Shown piece after piece: positions 10,166-19,500 of a DNA stretch of 64,000 nt; positions within the stretch are counted from its first letter, which is position 1; every line of letters begins with the position of its first letter. Under the pieces are notes generated by a model. The model was not told the DNA's origin and did no database searches. It was given only the letters and a program-made list of their open reading frames with translations. Origin of the DNA: Candidatus Saccharimonadota bacterium (GTDB lineage Bacteria > Patescibacteriota > Saccharimonadia > Saccharimonadales > SLHW01). Made by a program: the position numbers and the translations under genes. The stretch is from assembly GCA_050486305.1 (NCBI GenBank), contig JBJHDA010000001.1:179071-243070 (forward strand). The letters are read 5' to 3'.

Positions 10166-10885
10166 CTACCTACCCTCAGTCAATAGATAGCTGTTCTTCT
10201 TCGGTCTAAGTTCGTAAACGACATTCTTGCGCTCAACAACGACCCGCCAATTATGTTCTTTTGCATGAGACAGCAAGCCTTTCGTTGGGTTGAACGCGAT
10301 TGGGTCATCGACTAGTTCTAGCATTGAAATATCACTTTCGCTATCTCCGACCGCGATACTTTTTTTGTAGCTGCAGCCATGCTTCTCGACGAGCGAGCGC
10401 AGTATCTGGTCTTTATTTTCAACAATATTTTGCCGTTTACCGGTGAAGTATCCTCGTTGCCTTTCATAGCTATTTCCCACTGCATCGTCAAACCCGTAGT
10501 AGTCGGCAAGCTTTTCGACGATTTCGTGCTGAGAGCCTGATATCGCAAACAGTAGGTATCCTTGCTTTTTGAGACTGCTTATGAGGTCTCGTGAGAATGT
10601 GTAGACCTGATCTTTGTGCTCCTCAAAAACCGTATCGACGACTCTTAGGTACGTCGGGATATCAAGCTGCGTAATCGCGGAGTGATAAGCAGTAACGATT
10701 GCCCGCTCGTACTCTTTATACGAATGTTCGTGCTTACGATATTTCCACTGCATTCGGCTTTCGCGGATTTTATCGTATGCGTCATCGTTTAAGTGCCCTG
10801 TTTTTGCTAATTCATTGACGATACTGTGGTACAGCTGCCACCGGATAATCGTTCCGTCTATATCGAATGCTGCAAATTGCTTCAT
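10166..10885 (-). CDS. HAD-IB superfamily hydrolase (paralog of 8762..9538)
   Basis: 239 aa. FAAFDIDGTII, AVGDSESDISML. Colinear similarity to the other HAD (…KDQVYTFSRDLISSLKKQGYLLFAISGSQ vs …KDNVYVYTRNLVNELKKQGYYLIAISGSQ). Confidence 0.75.
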   Translation of the reverse strand: MKQFAAFDIDGTIIRWQLYHSIVNELAKTGHLNDDAYDKIRESRMQWKYRKHEHSYKEYERAIVTAYHSAITQLDIPTYLRVVDTVFEEHKDQVYTFSRDLISSLKKQGYLLFAISGSQHEIVEKLADYYGFDDAVGNSYERQRGYFTGKRQNIVENKDQILRSLVEKHGCSYKKSIAVGDSESDISMLELVDDPIAFNPTKGLLSHAKEHNWRVVVERKNVVYELRPKKNSYLLTEGR

Positions 10886-11683
10886 TTAAATATCCAATTC
10901 GATACTGACCGGGCAATGATCAGACCCCATTACATCGGGGTGGATTTTTGCGTGCCTTATTTTGCCTTTCAGGCGTTCTGACACCAGGAAATAATCGATC
11001 CGCCACCCAACGTTTCGAGCTCGGGCGTTTGCCCAATGTGTCCACCACGTATAATGCCCATTTCCTTGGGTAAATAATCGGAACGTATCGACGAACCCTT
11101 CATCAATAAACTTTTGGAATCCTTCTCGCTCTTCGTTAGTGAAACCGTGCTTGCCGACGTTTTCTTTTGGTCGGGCGAGATCATCTTCTGTATGGGCTAC
11201 ATTTAGGTCACCGCAAAAAACAACGGGCTTGTTTTTCTCAAGGCGCTTTACATAAGCTAAAAATGCCGGATCCCAGTGCTTCTCGCGCAATTTTAATCGG
11301 CTTAAGTCGCCTTTACTGTTAGGGGTGTAAACGGCAACGAGGTAAAACTGTTCGAACTCCGCACTTATAACCCTCCCCTCTTTTGCCGGATCGCCGTACC
11401 CATCGTCGGCTAGCTCATATTTTTCAGCAATATCTGGATCAAACCCATTTCGAACGCTGAGCGGCTTGATCTTGGTAAAGATCGCGGTGCCACTGTATCC
11501 CGATTTCTCTGCTGAATTCCAGTATTCTTCGTACTGTGGTAGATCTATCTCTGCTTGACCTTGAGCGGCCTTTGTCTCTTGAAGACATAAAATATCGGGG
11601 TTATGGTTTTTGACAAAGTCTTGTATAGCACCTTTTTTTACGACTGCTCTGATGCCGTTTACGTTCCACGAATAGATTTTCAT
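10886..11683 (-). CDS. xth: Exodeoxyribonuclease III (AP endonuclease family 1)
   Basis: 265 aa. MKIYSWNVNGIRA..., LCLQETK, GDLNVAH, SDHCPV motifs. Confidence 0.9.
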   Translation of the reverse strand: MKIYSWNVNGIRAVVKKGAIQDFVKNHNPDILCLQETKAAQGQAEIDLPQYEEYWNSAEKSGYSGTAIFTKIKPLSVRNGFDPDIAEKYELADDGYGDPAKEGRVISAEFEQFYLVAVYTPNSKGDLSRLKLREKHWDPAFLAYVKRLEKNKPVVFCGDLNVAHTEDDLARPKENVGKHGFTNEEREGFQKFIDEGFVDTFRLFTQGNGHYTWWTHWANARARNVGWRIDYFLVSERLKGKIRHAKIHPDVMGSDHCPVSIELDI

Positions 11684-11733
11684 AGATTCAGTATAGCGCC
11701 TGGATAAAAACGTTGCTACAATGCCTGTCTAGA

Positions 11734-12441
11734 ATGTACAAACGAGTACTTATTAAATTCTCTGGTGAACAGTTAGCTGGCGAGCACGATTTTGGAGTTG
11801 ACCCAAAGATTGCAACGTTCCTTGCCGATGAATTAAAGAAAGCGACGCAGACAGGCTGTGAAGTCGTTTTAGTCGTTGGTGGTGGCAACATGGTGCGTGG
11901 TGCCGAAATTGCCGGCAACGGTATCAAGCGCGTCACCGCAGACCAAATGGGTATGCTGAGTGGACTGATGAACGCAATGGCTCTAACAGACATATTCGAG
12001 TACGAAGGCTTACCAACCCGCTGTACGAGTAATATTTATGCTGAGCAAGTTGCTGAGAGCTACTCGTATCGCTTGGCAGAGAAGCACCTGGAGCGTGGCC
12101 GGGTGCTAATAATTGCTGGTGGCCTAGGTCGGCCATACTTCACTCATGACACAGCTGCTGTGTCCTTGGCATTAGAGCTCGATTGTGAGGCGGTGTTAAA
12201 GGCTACGAAGGTTGACGGCGTCTATGACAAAGACCCGAATGAGCACGACAACGCTAAGAAGTTCAAGACACTTGATTATCAGCATGCAGTAGAAAACGGC
12301 GCCATAAAAGTTATGGATAAGGCTGCGCTAGGTCTCGCGATGGAGCAATCAATGCCGGTCGTCGTGTTCGATGTTATGCAGTCAGGTAATATTGAAAAAG
12401 TCATCCGACAAACTGCCGATGTCGGCACGCTTGTCAGCTAG
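11734..12441 (+). CDS. pyrH: UMP kinase
   Basis: MYKRVLIKFSGEQLAGE..., VVGGGN, amino-acid-kinase fold length. ATG at 11734 preferred over the upstream TTG at 11713. Confidence 0.9.
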   Translation: MYKRVLIKFSGEQLAGEHDFGVDPKIATFLADELKKATQTGCEVVLVVGGGNMVRGAEIAGNGIKRVTADQMGMLSGLMNAMALTDIFEYEGLPTRCTSNIYAEQVAESYSYRLAEKHLERGRVLIIAGGLGRPYFTHDTAAVSLALELDCEAVLKATKVDGVYDKDPNEHDNAKKFKTLDYQHAVENGAIKVMDKAALGLAMEQSMPVVVFDVMQSGNIEKVIRQTADVGTLVS

Positions 12442-13089
12442 CCAACCTTTCTGCGCTTCTTGCATAATCATATCGATACTTGTTCTGTATTCTCCTGAGG
12501 AAAGGTCAAGAAAAGACCGGGCGATAACGGGCATATCGTCACGGCAAAACTCACCGAAAAACACTTCATTGGTTGTACCTAAAGTTTGGGTATTTATCAC
12601 AGGCGATCTATAGGTTAATAGGAGTGACTGTACGCCAAGCAAATCCTCACGCGTATAAAACACGGTCCCCGTTAATCTAGCTCCCGGGTGCGGCGGCACT
12701 GGGCCATGCAGGTATTGCCATCCATATTCGGCCCTATCTTGTTGTGGTAATCTCATTCCGGAGAGCACAAACCGCAATGAATCGACTGCTACATTCTTAT
12801 ATTTAAATTCTAACTCCTCCTCGGGCTCAGGAATGTCAGGAAGTTCATGTTTGGCTACGGGGGAATCACCCGATTCCTTAATACGCTTATAAAATCCCAC
12901 AATACATGCCATAAAATCGACTTCACTGCCGTGGCGCATAACTAGGGTTCTCTCTTGTGGTACCGAAGGTCTTGCAGTATCTTTAATGCTTATTGCTATG
13001 TCACCATGTGCCACATGCCCTACTTCGAAAGAACGACAGGAGCCAAGCTCGGTCTCTGGTAGCTTGGCGCTGAGCATCTGTTTACTCAT
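12382..13089 (-). CDS. Hypothetical protein (last gene of Clp-like operon)
   Basis: 235-aa ORF starting 2 nt after the stop of the AAA+ gene. No recognisable motif. Its 3' end overlaps the convergent pyrH 3' end by 60 nt. Confidence 0.5.
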   Translation of the reverse strand: MSKQMLSAKLPETELGSCRSFEVGHVAHGDIAISIKDTARPSVPQERTLVMRHGSEVDFMACIVGFYKRIKESGDSPVAKHELPDIPEPEEELEFKYKNVAVDSLRFVLSGMRLPQQDRAEYGWQYLHGPVPPHPGARLTGTVFYTREDLLGVQSLLLTYRSPVINTQTLGTTNEVFFGEFCRDDMPVIARSFLDLSSGEYRTSIDMIMQEAQKGWLADKRADIGSLSDDFFNIT

Positions 13090-13091
13090 AG

Positions 13092-15455
13092 CTATGAAAT
13101 ATCGACTTCGTCCAAGGTGACGTTATCGCCAGGATTAATTTCTTTTGCGAGGATTTTATTCGCAACGGTATCTTCTACTGTGCGTTGAACGACGCGGCGC
13201 ATCGGGCGGGCTCCGAGGCGCGGATCATATCCAAGTTGAACAATTTTTGTAATAGCTGCAGGCGTAAGCTGTACAGTGATATTCTGGTGGGTAAGTGTTT
13301 TATTAACTTCTTGCAGCATCAGGCCAACCACTTGCACCAACTCTTCTTGCTTCAGCGGCCTGAATAGTACGATTTCATCAAACCGGTTGAGTAGTTCTGG
13401 CTTGAACTGCCCGCTGTTAATAAGCTGATTTGTCAGGCTTTCTTCAAAGTTTTCAAGCTCTTCACCGGCCTCAATATGGCTACGGATTTCTTGAGCGCCA
13501 GCATTTGAGGTGGCGATGATTATTGCATCTTTGAAGGATGCCGTCTTCCCTGCGGTGTCTGTTAGTTGCCCTTCGTCAAGCATTTGCAGTAACAGGTTTA
13601 GGATATTGGGGTGCGCTTTTTCCACCTCGTCCAGCAACACGACAGAGTACGGCTGTTGCCGTACCTTCATAAGCAGGCTGCTGGATACATTTGTGCCGTC
13701 GGAGAGCAGCCGGTTTACGTCGTTTTCATTTTGGAATTCACTCATGTCCATACGAATCATGGCGTCTTGGCTGCCAAAGCAGGTTGCACTAAGCGCTTTA
13801 GCTAATTCTGTCTTTCCGACACCTGTCGGACCAAGAAAAAGGAAGCTTCCCATCGGGCGGTTTGGATTTGTTACCCCCGCTCTTGAGCGCCGGAGTGCGC
13901 TCGCCACAACGCTTACCGCCCGCGATTGGTTTATCATGCGTTTGTGTAGCTCATCTTCTAAGTTTAATAATTTATCAGATTCAACTTCGCTGGCGGCAGA
14001 TAGTCGAACGCCTTGGGTTTCTTCAATCGATTTTTCTATTGATTGTTCGGTGATGACACCGTGATCCGGATATGAAAGTGATTGTTCCAGCAGGCGAATT
14101 GCCCGCCCCGGCTGAGCAATGTCTTGAACGTAGCGATCACTAAGCGGAACAGCTGCCTTGACTGCCTGGTACGTAATAAATGTCTTCTGTCTGTGCTCCA
14201 GGCTAAGTGCAGTATCTTGAAGAATTTGCATCGCGGTTGATTGTTCAGGCTCTTTTAGTACAACTGGGGTTATGGTGCCGGCAAAGCTTGGGTTCTTGGC
14301 TTTTAGTTCTTGGTGGTCACGTGGCGTAATAGCAAGGATAACCTGGACAGAGCCAGATTGCGCGATTGGCTGCAGAAGTTTCGTAGCATCAAACGAGCCG
14401 TGTCCGTCCTCGAAAAACAAATGTGCATTATCCAAGAACAGGATAATGTTTCCGGCATGGGAGGCTTCGTGCAAAAGTAGTGTAACGATATGCTCAATAT
14501 CACCTGGCCGTTGAGCGTTTGAGATGATTGTAGTTGCGTCTAGTCCGATAAGCTGACGGTGCCGGAGTTTCGGATCGTGAGACTCCGCCAGCAGGTTTTG
14601 TGCAAGCGCGTAGACGTGGCTGGTCTTGCCTGCACCGGTATTCCCGATGAGCGCAACCATGCTGGCGCCCTGGGATAACGCACCCTTTAATGCTTGTACG
14701 CCATGTGATCGCATTAAGGTGCCGAAGTGCGCACCTCCGCGCTGGATAGCTTGACTGATATTTGCACCGAATACGTTTAGTTTTGGCGTAAAACCGCTCG
14801 CCCAGTCACGGCCAATGCCGCCATAATACGGCTTCTCTTCATTCATTGTGCGAAAAGCTCGCTCAATCCACTGCTGCACGCTCAAGATATCTGATTCTTG
14901 CAGCTTTAAGCGTTTGCACAATTCTATAACGGCGGCGTTAGTTAACAATAGTGCCGCAACGATATGCCTAATGTCGATAGGTGCGGCTTCGTCACCGGCG
15001 AGACCTGCAGCATACTGTACAACCGCTTCGGTGTCTGCCTCCTGCTGGCTTAATAGGCCACTAATTGTATCCGTGTGAAGCAGCAGTCGGTTGGTAAAAA
15101 AACGAGATTGCCAGTGCGATTCGTATCCGTCCCAGAGCGATTTAGGTGTCTGTTGAGTATGTTTGTTGATTAACCCGAGTGCATCCGTGCTCAGCCTAGC
15201 GCTAAAAGTTTTGCCTTGCGGCGGTAAGGTGGATAAATCACGTTCGTACCAAACAGCCAGCATCCAAAGCAGCAGTGACAGACTTGCGATATAAAACGCC
15301 AGGCTTTGCATGTCGGCAAGAAAATAAAAGGTAATCGCAGCAATGATCCCGACATAGGAGCTATACCGACTAATCTCGTAGCCGGTCTTGCCTATACGTT
15401 TGGCTAACCGTGCCTTACCTGCTCTTGCGCTGCCAGTGTTTATTACTTGGTTCAC
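13092..15455 (-). CDS. ClpA/ClpB-family double AAA+ ATPase with N-terminal transmembrane anchor
   Basis: 787 aa, GTG start overlapping the upstream stop (GTGA). Two hydrophobic helices (YVGIIAAITFYFLADMQSLAFYIASLSLLLWMLAVWY). D1 Walker A GNTGAGKT, D1 Walker B-like IILFLDNAH. D2 Walker A GPTGVGKT, Walker B VVLLDEVEKAH, sensor/ClpB_D2-small GARPMRR. No long M-domain. Confidence 0.85.
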   Translation of the reverse strand: MNQVINTGSARAGKARLAKRIGKTGYEISRYSSYVGIIAAITFYFLADMQSLAFYIASLSLLLWMLAVWYERDLSTLPPQGKTFSARLSTDALGLINKHTQQTPKSLWDGYESHWQSRFFTNRLLLHTDTISGLLSQQEADTEAVVQYAAGLAGDEAAPIDIRHIVAALLLTNAAVIELCKRLKLQESDILSVQQWIERAFRTMNEEKPYYGGIGRDWASGFTPKLNVFGANISQAIQRGGAHFGTLMRSHGVQALKGALSQGASMVALIGNTGAGKTSHVYALAQNLLAESHDPKLRHRQLIGLDATTIISNAQRPGDIEHIVTLLLHEASHAGNIILFLDNAHLFFEDGHGSFDATKLLQPIAQSGSVQVILAITPRDHQELKAKNPSFAGTITPVVLKEPEQSTAMQILQDTALSLEHRQKTFITYQAVKAAVPLSDRYVQDIAQPGRAIRLLEQSLSYPDHGVITEQSIEKSIEETQGVRLSAASEVESDKLLNLEDELHKRMINQSRAVSVVASALRRSRAGVTNPNRPMGSFLFLGPTGVGKTELAKALSATCFGSQDAMIRMDMSEFQNENDVNRLLSDGTNVSSSLLMKVRQQPYSVVLLDEVEKAHPNILNLLLQMLDEGQLTDTAGKTASFKDAIIIATSNAGAQEIRSHIEAGEELENFEESLTNQLINSGQFKPELLNRFDEIVLFRPLKQEELVQVVGLMLQEVNKTLTHQNITVQLTPAAITKIVQLGYDPRLGARPMRRVVQRTVEDTVANKILAKEINPGDNVTLDEVDIS

Positions 15456-15883
15456 CCCAGCACCCCCATAAAAACAAAGACGACAGCTGCCAGCGGTATG
15501 AATGGCCAGATAAGTAGCTCAACCAAGCTTATAACAGCTGCAAAAAATAGTACGATACCAGCAGTTATCAAGACGATAAATCGCACAAAAAACCCAATTA
15601 CCCGGCTAATCGTATTATCAATTCCTGCCCGGAAATATGCGCCAAAGCCAGCCCTCGGTGCTGTTATAATCCGCCGCCATGGCGCAAACAATGTACGCAA
15701 TAAAATCGGTATAGAAAACAGACGATATGCGTCTTGAAGTCGCTTCTCGCCGTGTTTTATAGCAGATAACCAGCCAGCGCCATACCACCACTGAAACAAG
15801 GACAGGATAATCATAGACTTTATTGTAGCACCAAACGAACCTTCTTGATGTACTTGCTCTATTGGGCGTGTGGTAGGATACAT
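15452..15883 (-). CDS. Small polytopic membrane protein (first gene of Clp-like operon)
   Basis: 143-aa ORF; its stop overlaps the AAA+ start codon by 4 nt. Hydrophobic helices at both ends. The start may be an internal Met. Confidence 0.5.
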   Translation of the reverse strand: MYPTTRPIEQVHQEGSFGATIKSMIILSLFQWWYGAGWLSAIKHGEKRLQDAYRLFSIPILLRTLFAPWRRIITAPRAGFGAYFRAGIDNTISRVIGFFVRFIVLITAGIVLFFAAVISLVELLIWPFIPLAAVVFVFMGVLG

Positions 15884-15886
15884 TAT

Positions 15887-16234
15887 ATGGATGCTTCAGA
15901 AGAGCTGAGACAAGGGCCGCCAGTTCATGAGTCTCGAAAAGGATTTGCCGCAGCAAGAACCGAGCAGATACTTTCGTCAGCCAGTTTTTTACTTGAGCTA
16001 GCCCAGGAGGCGCCTCATGCGCGTTGGTCTACGGCTGATGTTGTGCATCAGATAGCTAATGAAACAGGCTTGGCAAGAGCATTAATCATCAACAGCTTAA
16101 AAGAAGCTTCTGAAAGCCAGTTACCGCTTGATGCCGAAGGCTCTATGTTCTATATGGGGGTTCATGAAGGCAGCCAGTATGTGCAAATTGTTCGGCCGCT
16201 CGAGCCGGTGAGCCGATTGCCTGAGGAATTGTAG
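15887..16234 (+). CDS. Hypothetical protein
   Basis: ORF 15845..16234 trimmed to the ATG at 15887 to avoid overlapping the divergent gene. No motif recognised. Confidence 0.35.
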   Translation: MDASEELRQGPPVHESRKGFAAARTEQILSSASFLLELAQEAPHARWSTADVVHQIANETGLARALIINSLKEASESQLPLDAEGSMFYMGVHEGSQYVQIVRPLEPVSRLPEEL

Positions 16235-16248
16235 GCTACGGAGTTAAA

Positions 16249-16857
16249 CTAAACCTTCTCCCAGCTAAAAACAGTGATTTTATCCGGTTGCTTTTCAGTG
16301 TATCCAGCACGATTAAATTGCTCTGGATTCAGGTACACGTTGAATACATAATTTTTTAACAGATTTTGTAGGCCGGGATAACTTTGTGAAGGGTTTGCTA
16401 TTTGAGCGCTGCCTTCGAATTCGAATTGTTCACGAGAGATATCAATGTTGATTTCTTCGTAGAGTGCGCGCTGTAAAGCAGTGTCGGGCGATTCGTTTAT
16501 TTTCATCTTTTCAGCTAACGAGCTACCAAATAGAGAGCGTTTACGCACTCTGCCATCGCTGAACTCTTGCAGTTCTTCGGTAAGTCGATAGGTTAGTCCG
16601 CTCTCAGGATCCAGGTAAAATACATTCGCAGATATCACGGTTACTTTGCGAACGAGCTGCTCGCTCGTATCCGACTCAATCTCGCAAAGCTCCGATTCTC
16701 CATGTAAGATTTCTGCTGCAAGACTATCTATGCCCTTGCTCTGTCCTGTCCCCCAATTTTCTGTGTTAATTCCGTGCCTTGAAAAAAGCTCTTCAAGGAG
16801 GACTATTCTATAACGAACCTCATCCTCAAAACTATGTGTTTTAACCAGCTCACTCAT
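16249..16857 (-). CDS. Hypothetical protein
   Basis: 202-aa ORF with no competing ORF and no motif recognised. Confidence 0.5.
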   Translation of the reverse strand: MSELVKTHSFEDEVRYRIVLLEELFSRHGINTENWGTGQSKGIDSLAAEILHGESELCEIESDTSEQLVRKVTVISANVFYLDPESGLTYRLTEELQEFSDGRVRKRSLFGSSLAEKMKINESPDTALQRALYEEINIDISREQFEFEGSAQIANPSQSYPGLQNLLKNYVFNVYLNPEQFNRAGYTEKQPDKITVFSWEKV

Positions 16858-17107
16858 AAGGTTATTTTACACAATTAATACTTAGCCATAAAATTGCTTG
16901 AAGCGTCAAGATTTTTTCTTTAGCAAACATATACTGGCTAAACCTTCAAAAAGTGTCAGATTAGCTTCCTGGCGGAGAGGGGGTATGACATCGTTGCCAC
17001 TCTGCTAATGCTCGATGCAAGCATTTACCTGTCAGCTTGTGTCATCAAACGCTTCGGTTCGTATTTTGCTGGAGCAAGATACTCTTGGGTTCAAGCCCGG
17101 GCAAGAT

Positions 17108-17135
17108 AAAAAGACCGGCGGCTGCCGGTCTTTTT
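17108..17135 (-). terminator. Rho-independent (bidirectional-looking) terminator after tRNA-Ser
   Basis: AAAAGACCGGC-GGCT-GCCGGTCTTTTT: GC-rich 9-bp stem flanked by an A-run and a T-run, 5 nt from the tRNA 3' end. Confidence 0.6.
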
Positions 17136-17139
17136 ATCT

Positions 17140-17229
17140 TGGCGGAGAGAGAGGGATTCGAACCCTCGGTACGGTTGCCCGTACACACGCTTTCCAAGCG
17201 TGCTCCTTCAGCCACTCGGACACCTCTCC
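17140..17229 (-). tRNA. tRNA-Ser (anticodon GGA), CCA encoded
   Basis: Reverse complement GGAGAGGTGTCCGAGTGGCTGAAGGAGCACGCTTGGAAAGCGTG-(long variable arm GTACGGGCAACCGTAC)-GAGGGTTCGAATCCCTCTCTCTCCGCCA. Anticodon loop TT-GGA-AA. Confidence 0.95.
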
Positions 17230-17335
17230 GTACGTCACTATTTTACGCATTTTTCGCGCCCGTACGCAGTATAGCGAAAAAATTACCACAATAACACCTT
17301 GAACATAAGCGAACTAAAGAAGTACACTAACAATA

Positions 17336-18220
17336 GTGAAACACATAATCGAGCTTCGAGACGTCAGTAAACTGTACGGCTTCGGCGATGCGACTACCGT
17401 TGCTGTCGAAGAAGTCAGTTTGCAAGTCAAAAAGGGTGAGTTTATCGCGATTATGGGGCCGAGTGGATCCGGCAAGTCAACTCTCTTGAATCTTGTTGGC
17501 TTATTAGATCGGCCAACCCAAGGGACGTACCTGCTTCAAGGTCGAAATGTGGCTCGGTTTAGCCAGTGGCGTCGCGCACGGTATCGCCGGGATCGTATTG
17601 GCTTTGTGTTCCAGTCTTTTAATATTCTCCCCTCTTTAACAGCGCTTGAGAACGTTGCCTTGCCTCTTGCATATCGCGGCATGACGCAAACACGTCGACT
17701 CAATCAAGCAGGCCGGGCTCTCGAGCGTGTTGGATTATCAGATCGAGAATATTTTTACCCGAAACAGCTAAGCGGAGGTCAGCTGCAGCGGGTTGCAATA
17801 GCTCGTGCTGTGGTGAACAACCCAGACATTATTATCGCGGATGAGCCAACTGGTAACCTCGATAGTGCTTCAAGTCGAGTTGTTATGGAGCTGCTTAGTG
17901 ATTTACATAAAGCTGGGCATACCATCCTGATGGTAACGCACAATCCGGAACTGACACGTTACGCCAAGCGTGTTCTCTTCATGCACGATGGGCTCGTCAT
18001 CGCTGATGAAGACTCCGACATAGGTGATGTTCCGTCAATGGCCAAGAAACTTTACTTCAAGCCGAAGAAAACAGAAGAGGATGATCTTGCCGGAGTCTCG
18101 GCGTTAATGGGCGCAATCCCGCAGAAAGATACACGAAAAAAGACTAAGAAAAAATCCTCAGTTAAGAAGCGTACAAAATCAAAGACAAAAAAACGCCCAT
18201 CAAGGAGTAAGGCGAAATGA
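17336..18220 (+). CDS. ABC transporter ATP-binding protein (MacB/LolD/FtsE-like) with Lys-rich C-terminal tail
   Basis: 294 aa. Walker [10 protein letters not shown], signature LSGGQLQR, Walker B IIIADEPT. Tail [27 protein letters not shown]. Start is GTG. Confidence 0.85.
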   Translation: MKHIIELRDVSKLYGFGDATTVAVEEVSLQVKKGEFIAIMGPSGSGKSTLLNLVGLLDRPTQGTYLLQGRNVARFSQWRRARYRRDRIGFVFQSFNILPSLTALENVALPLAYRGMTQTRRLNQAGRALERVGLSDREYFYPKQLSGGQLQRVAIARAVVNNPDIIIADEPTGNLDSASSRVVMELLSDLHKAGHTILMVTHNPELTRYAKRVLFMHDGLVIADEDSDIGDVPSMAKKLYFKPKKTEEDDLAGVSALMGAIPQKDTRKKTKKKSSVKKRTKSKTKKRPSRSKAK

Positions 18221-19449
18221 TGTTCAAGAACAATTTTCGTATGGCATTAAGCTCGCTTCGCGCCTCCCGCTGGCGGAGCTTTCTCACTATGCTCGGCGTA
18301 ATTATTGGGGTAGTAGCAGTGGTCACTGTCATTTCAATCGGTGAGGGTATAAAGCGGTCGATCACTGCAGAGACAGAAGCGCTTGGTCCGAATGTTATTA
18401 CTGTTATGCCAGGCAACCAAATTGATCGCAGGGACGAAGCAGGCATTATTTTTAACCCGCTTGCCTCAGTCGGATTCTCGTTAACCGAGACTGATGTAAC
18501 GGAAATCCGAGAAATCGAAGGCGCCTATGACGTTGTTCCGTTCGTGCGTGTTCCCGGCACACCTGAAGCCGATGATGTTTCCATGTCCGGCGCAACCATA
18601 CTGGCAGTAACTGGTGATGTGCCGCGGATTTTGAGCCAAGAGGTTCGGTTCGGAACCTGGCACGCCGAAGAGCCAGCAGCCAATCGGGAATTTGCAGTTA
18701 TTGGGAGCGAGGTAGCCGAAGAATTATTCGGCGAATTAGCTCCAATTGGCCGCTCCATGAGCATTGGTGACCGAACGTTCACCGTTCGGGGAATCTTCGC
18801 AGAATTCCCACGTAGCCCCTTGCCGTTCATGTCGACCGATTACAATCGGTCCATTTTCATCGAGTATGAAAACAACGCCCTCTCCTCAAGTACTGGCCGG
18901 AATATATTTCAAATACTTGTGAATCCCTCCGATGCAACACGAGCAGATGACCTGGCAGAAGATATCGACCAAACCCTGCTTGCTTCTCGTGATAATGCCA
19001 GAGATTTCACAGTATTAAAACGCGCAGAAATGGTAAACGTATACGGCGAAGTACTGGATGTCATCACAATAGCAATCTCAGCGATTGCAGCGATATCATT
19101 ATTTGTCGGTGGTGTCGGCATCATGAATATAATGTTTGTGTCTGTGAGCGAGCGCACTGGCGAGATTGGCATCAGGAAGGCTATCGGTGCAACAAACGGT
19201 CAAATAATGTCACAGTTTATTACCGAAGCGATAGTTTTGAGCTTGCTCGGAGGAATCTTCGGCATACTAGGCTCGCTGTTGGTGAACTACTTTATCCGTT
19301 TATTTACGATATTAGAACCGGTAATTATCCCTGAGGTTGTCGTGTTTGCCTCCTTGCTAGCATTCGTTATCGGTGTAGTGTTTGGGGCTATTCCTGCTAT
19401 CCGTGCAGCCCGAAAAGACCCAATTGATGCGCTCAGGTATCGCATCTAA
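18217..19449 (+). CDS. ABC transporter permease, MacB/FtsX family
   Basis: 410 aa, ATGA overlap with the ATPase gene. N-terminal TM, large periplasmic domain, C-terminal FtsX-type 3-TM bundle (GIRKAIGA motif). Confidence 0.85.
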   Translation: MMFKNNFRMALSSLRASRWRSFLTMLGVIIGVVAVVTVISIGEGIKRSITAETEALGPNVITVMPGNQIDRRDEAGIIFNPLASVGFSLTETDVTEIREIEGAYDVVPFVRVPGTPEADDVSMSGATILAVTGDVPRILSQEVRFGTWHAEEPAANREFAVIGSEVAEELFGELAPIGRSMSIGDRTFTVRGIFAEFPRSPLPFMSTDYNRSIFIEYENNALSSSTGRNIFQILVNPSDATRADDLAEDIDQTLLASRDNARDFTVLKRAEMVNVYGEVLDVITIAISAIAAISLFVGGVGIMNIMFVSVSERTGEIGIRKAIGATNGQIMSQFITEAIVLSLLGGIFGILGSLLVNYFIRLFTILEPVIIPEVVVFASLLAFVIGVVFGAIPAIRAARKDPIDALRYRI

Positions 19450-19500
19450 ATCACTGCTTCTTGGGATGTTTTTTACGACGAGCGAGTATACTGTTTCGTA

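Noticed and set aside
16960-17107. Possible SRP RNA or other known ncRNA on the minus strand (AGG ... AGCA ... GGCA pattern around a hairpin AATGCT-N7-AGCATT).
   Set aside because: When I tried to fold it like SRP domain IV, the stems flanking the putative symmetric loop do not pair and the apical loop is 7 nt rather than a GNRA tetraloop. Kept only as an unexplained region with a tRNA-end repeat.
17015-17302. ORFs 17015..17302 and 17037..17294 (+).
   Set aside because: They overlap tRNA-Ser and its terminator hairpin, and their translations are implausible.
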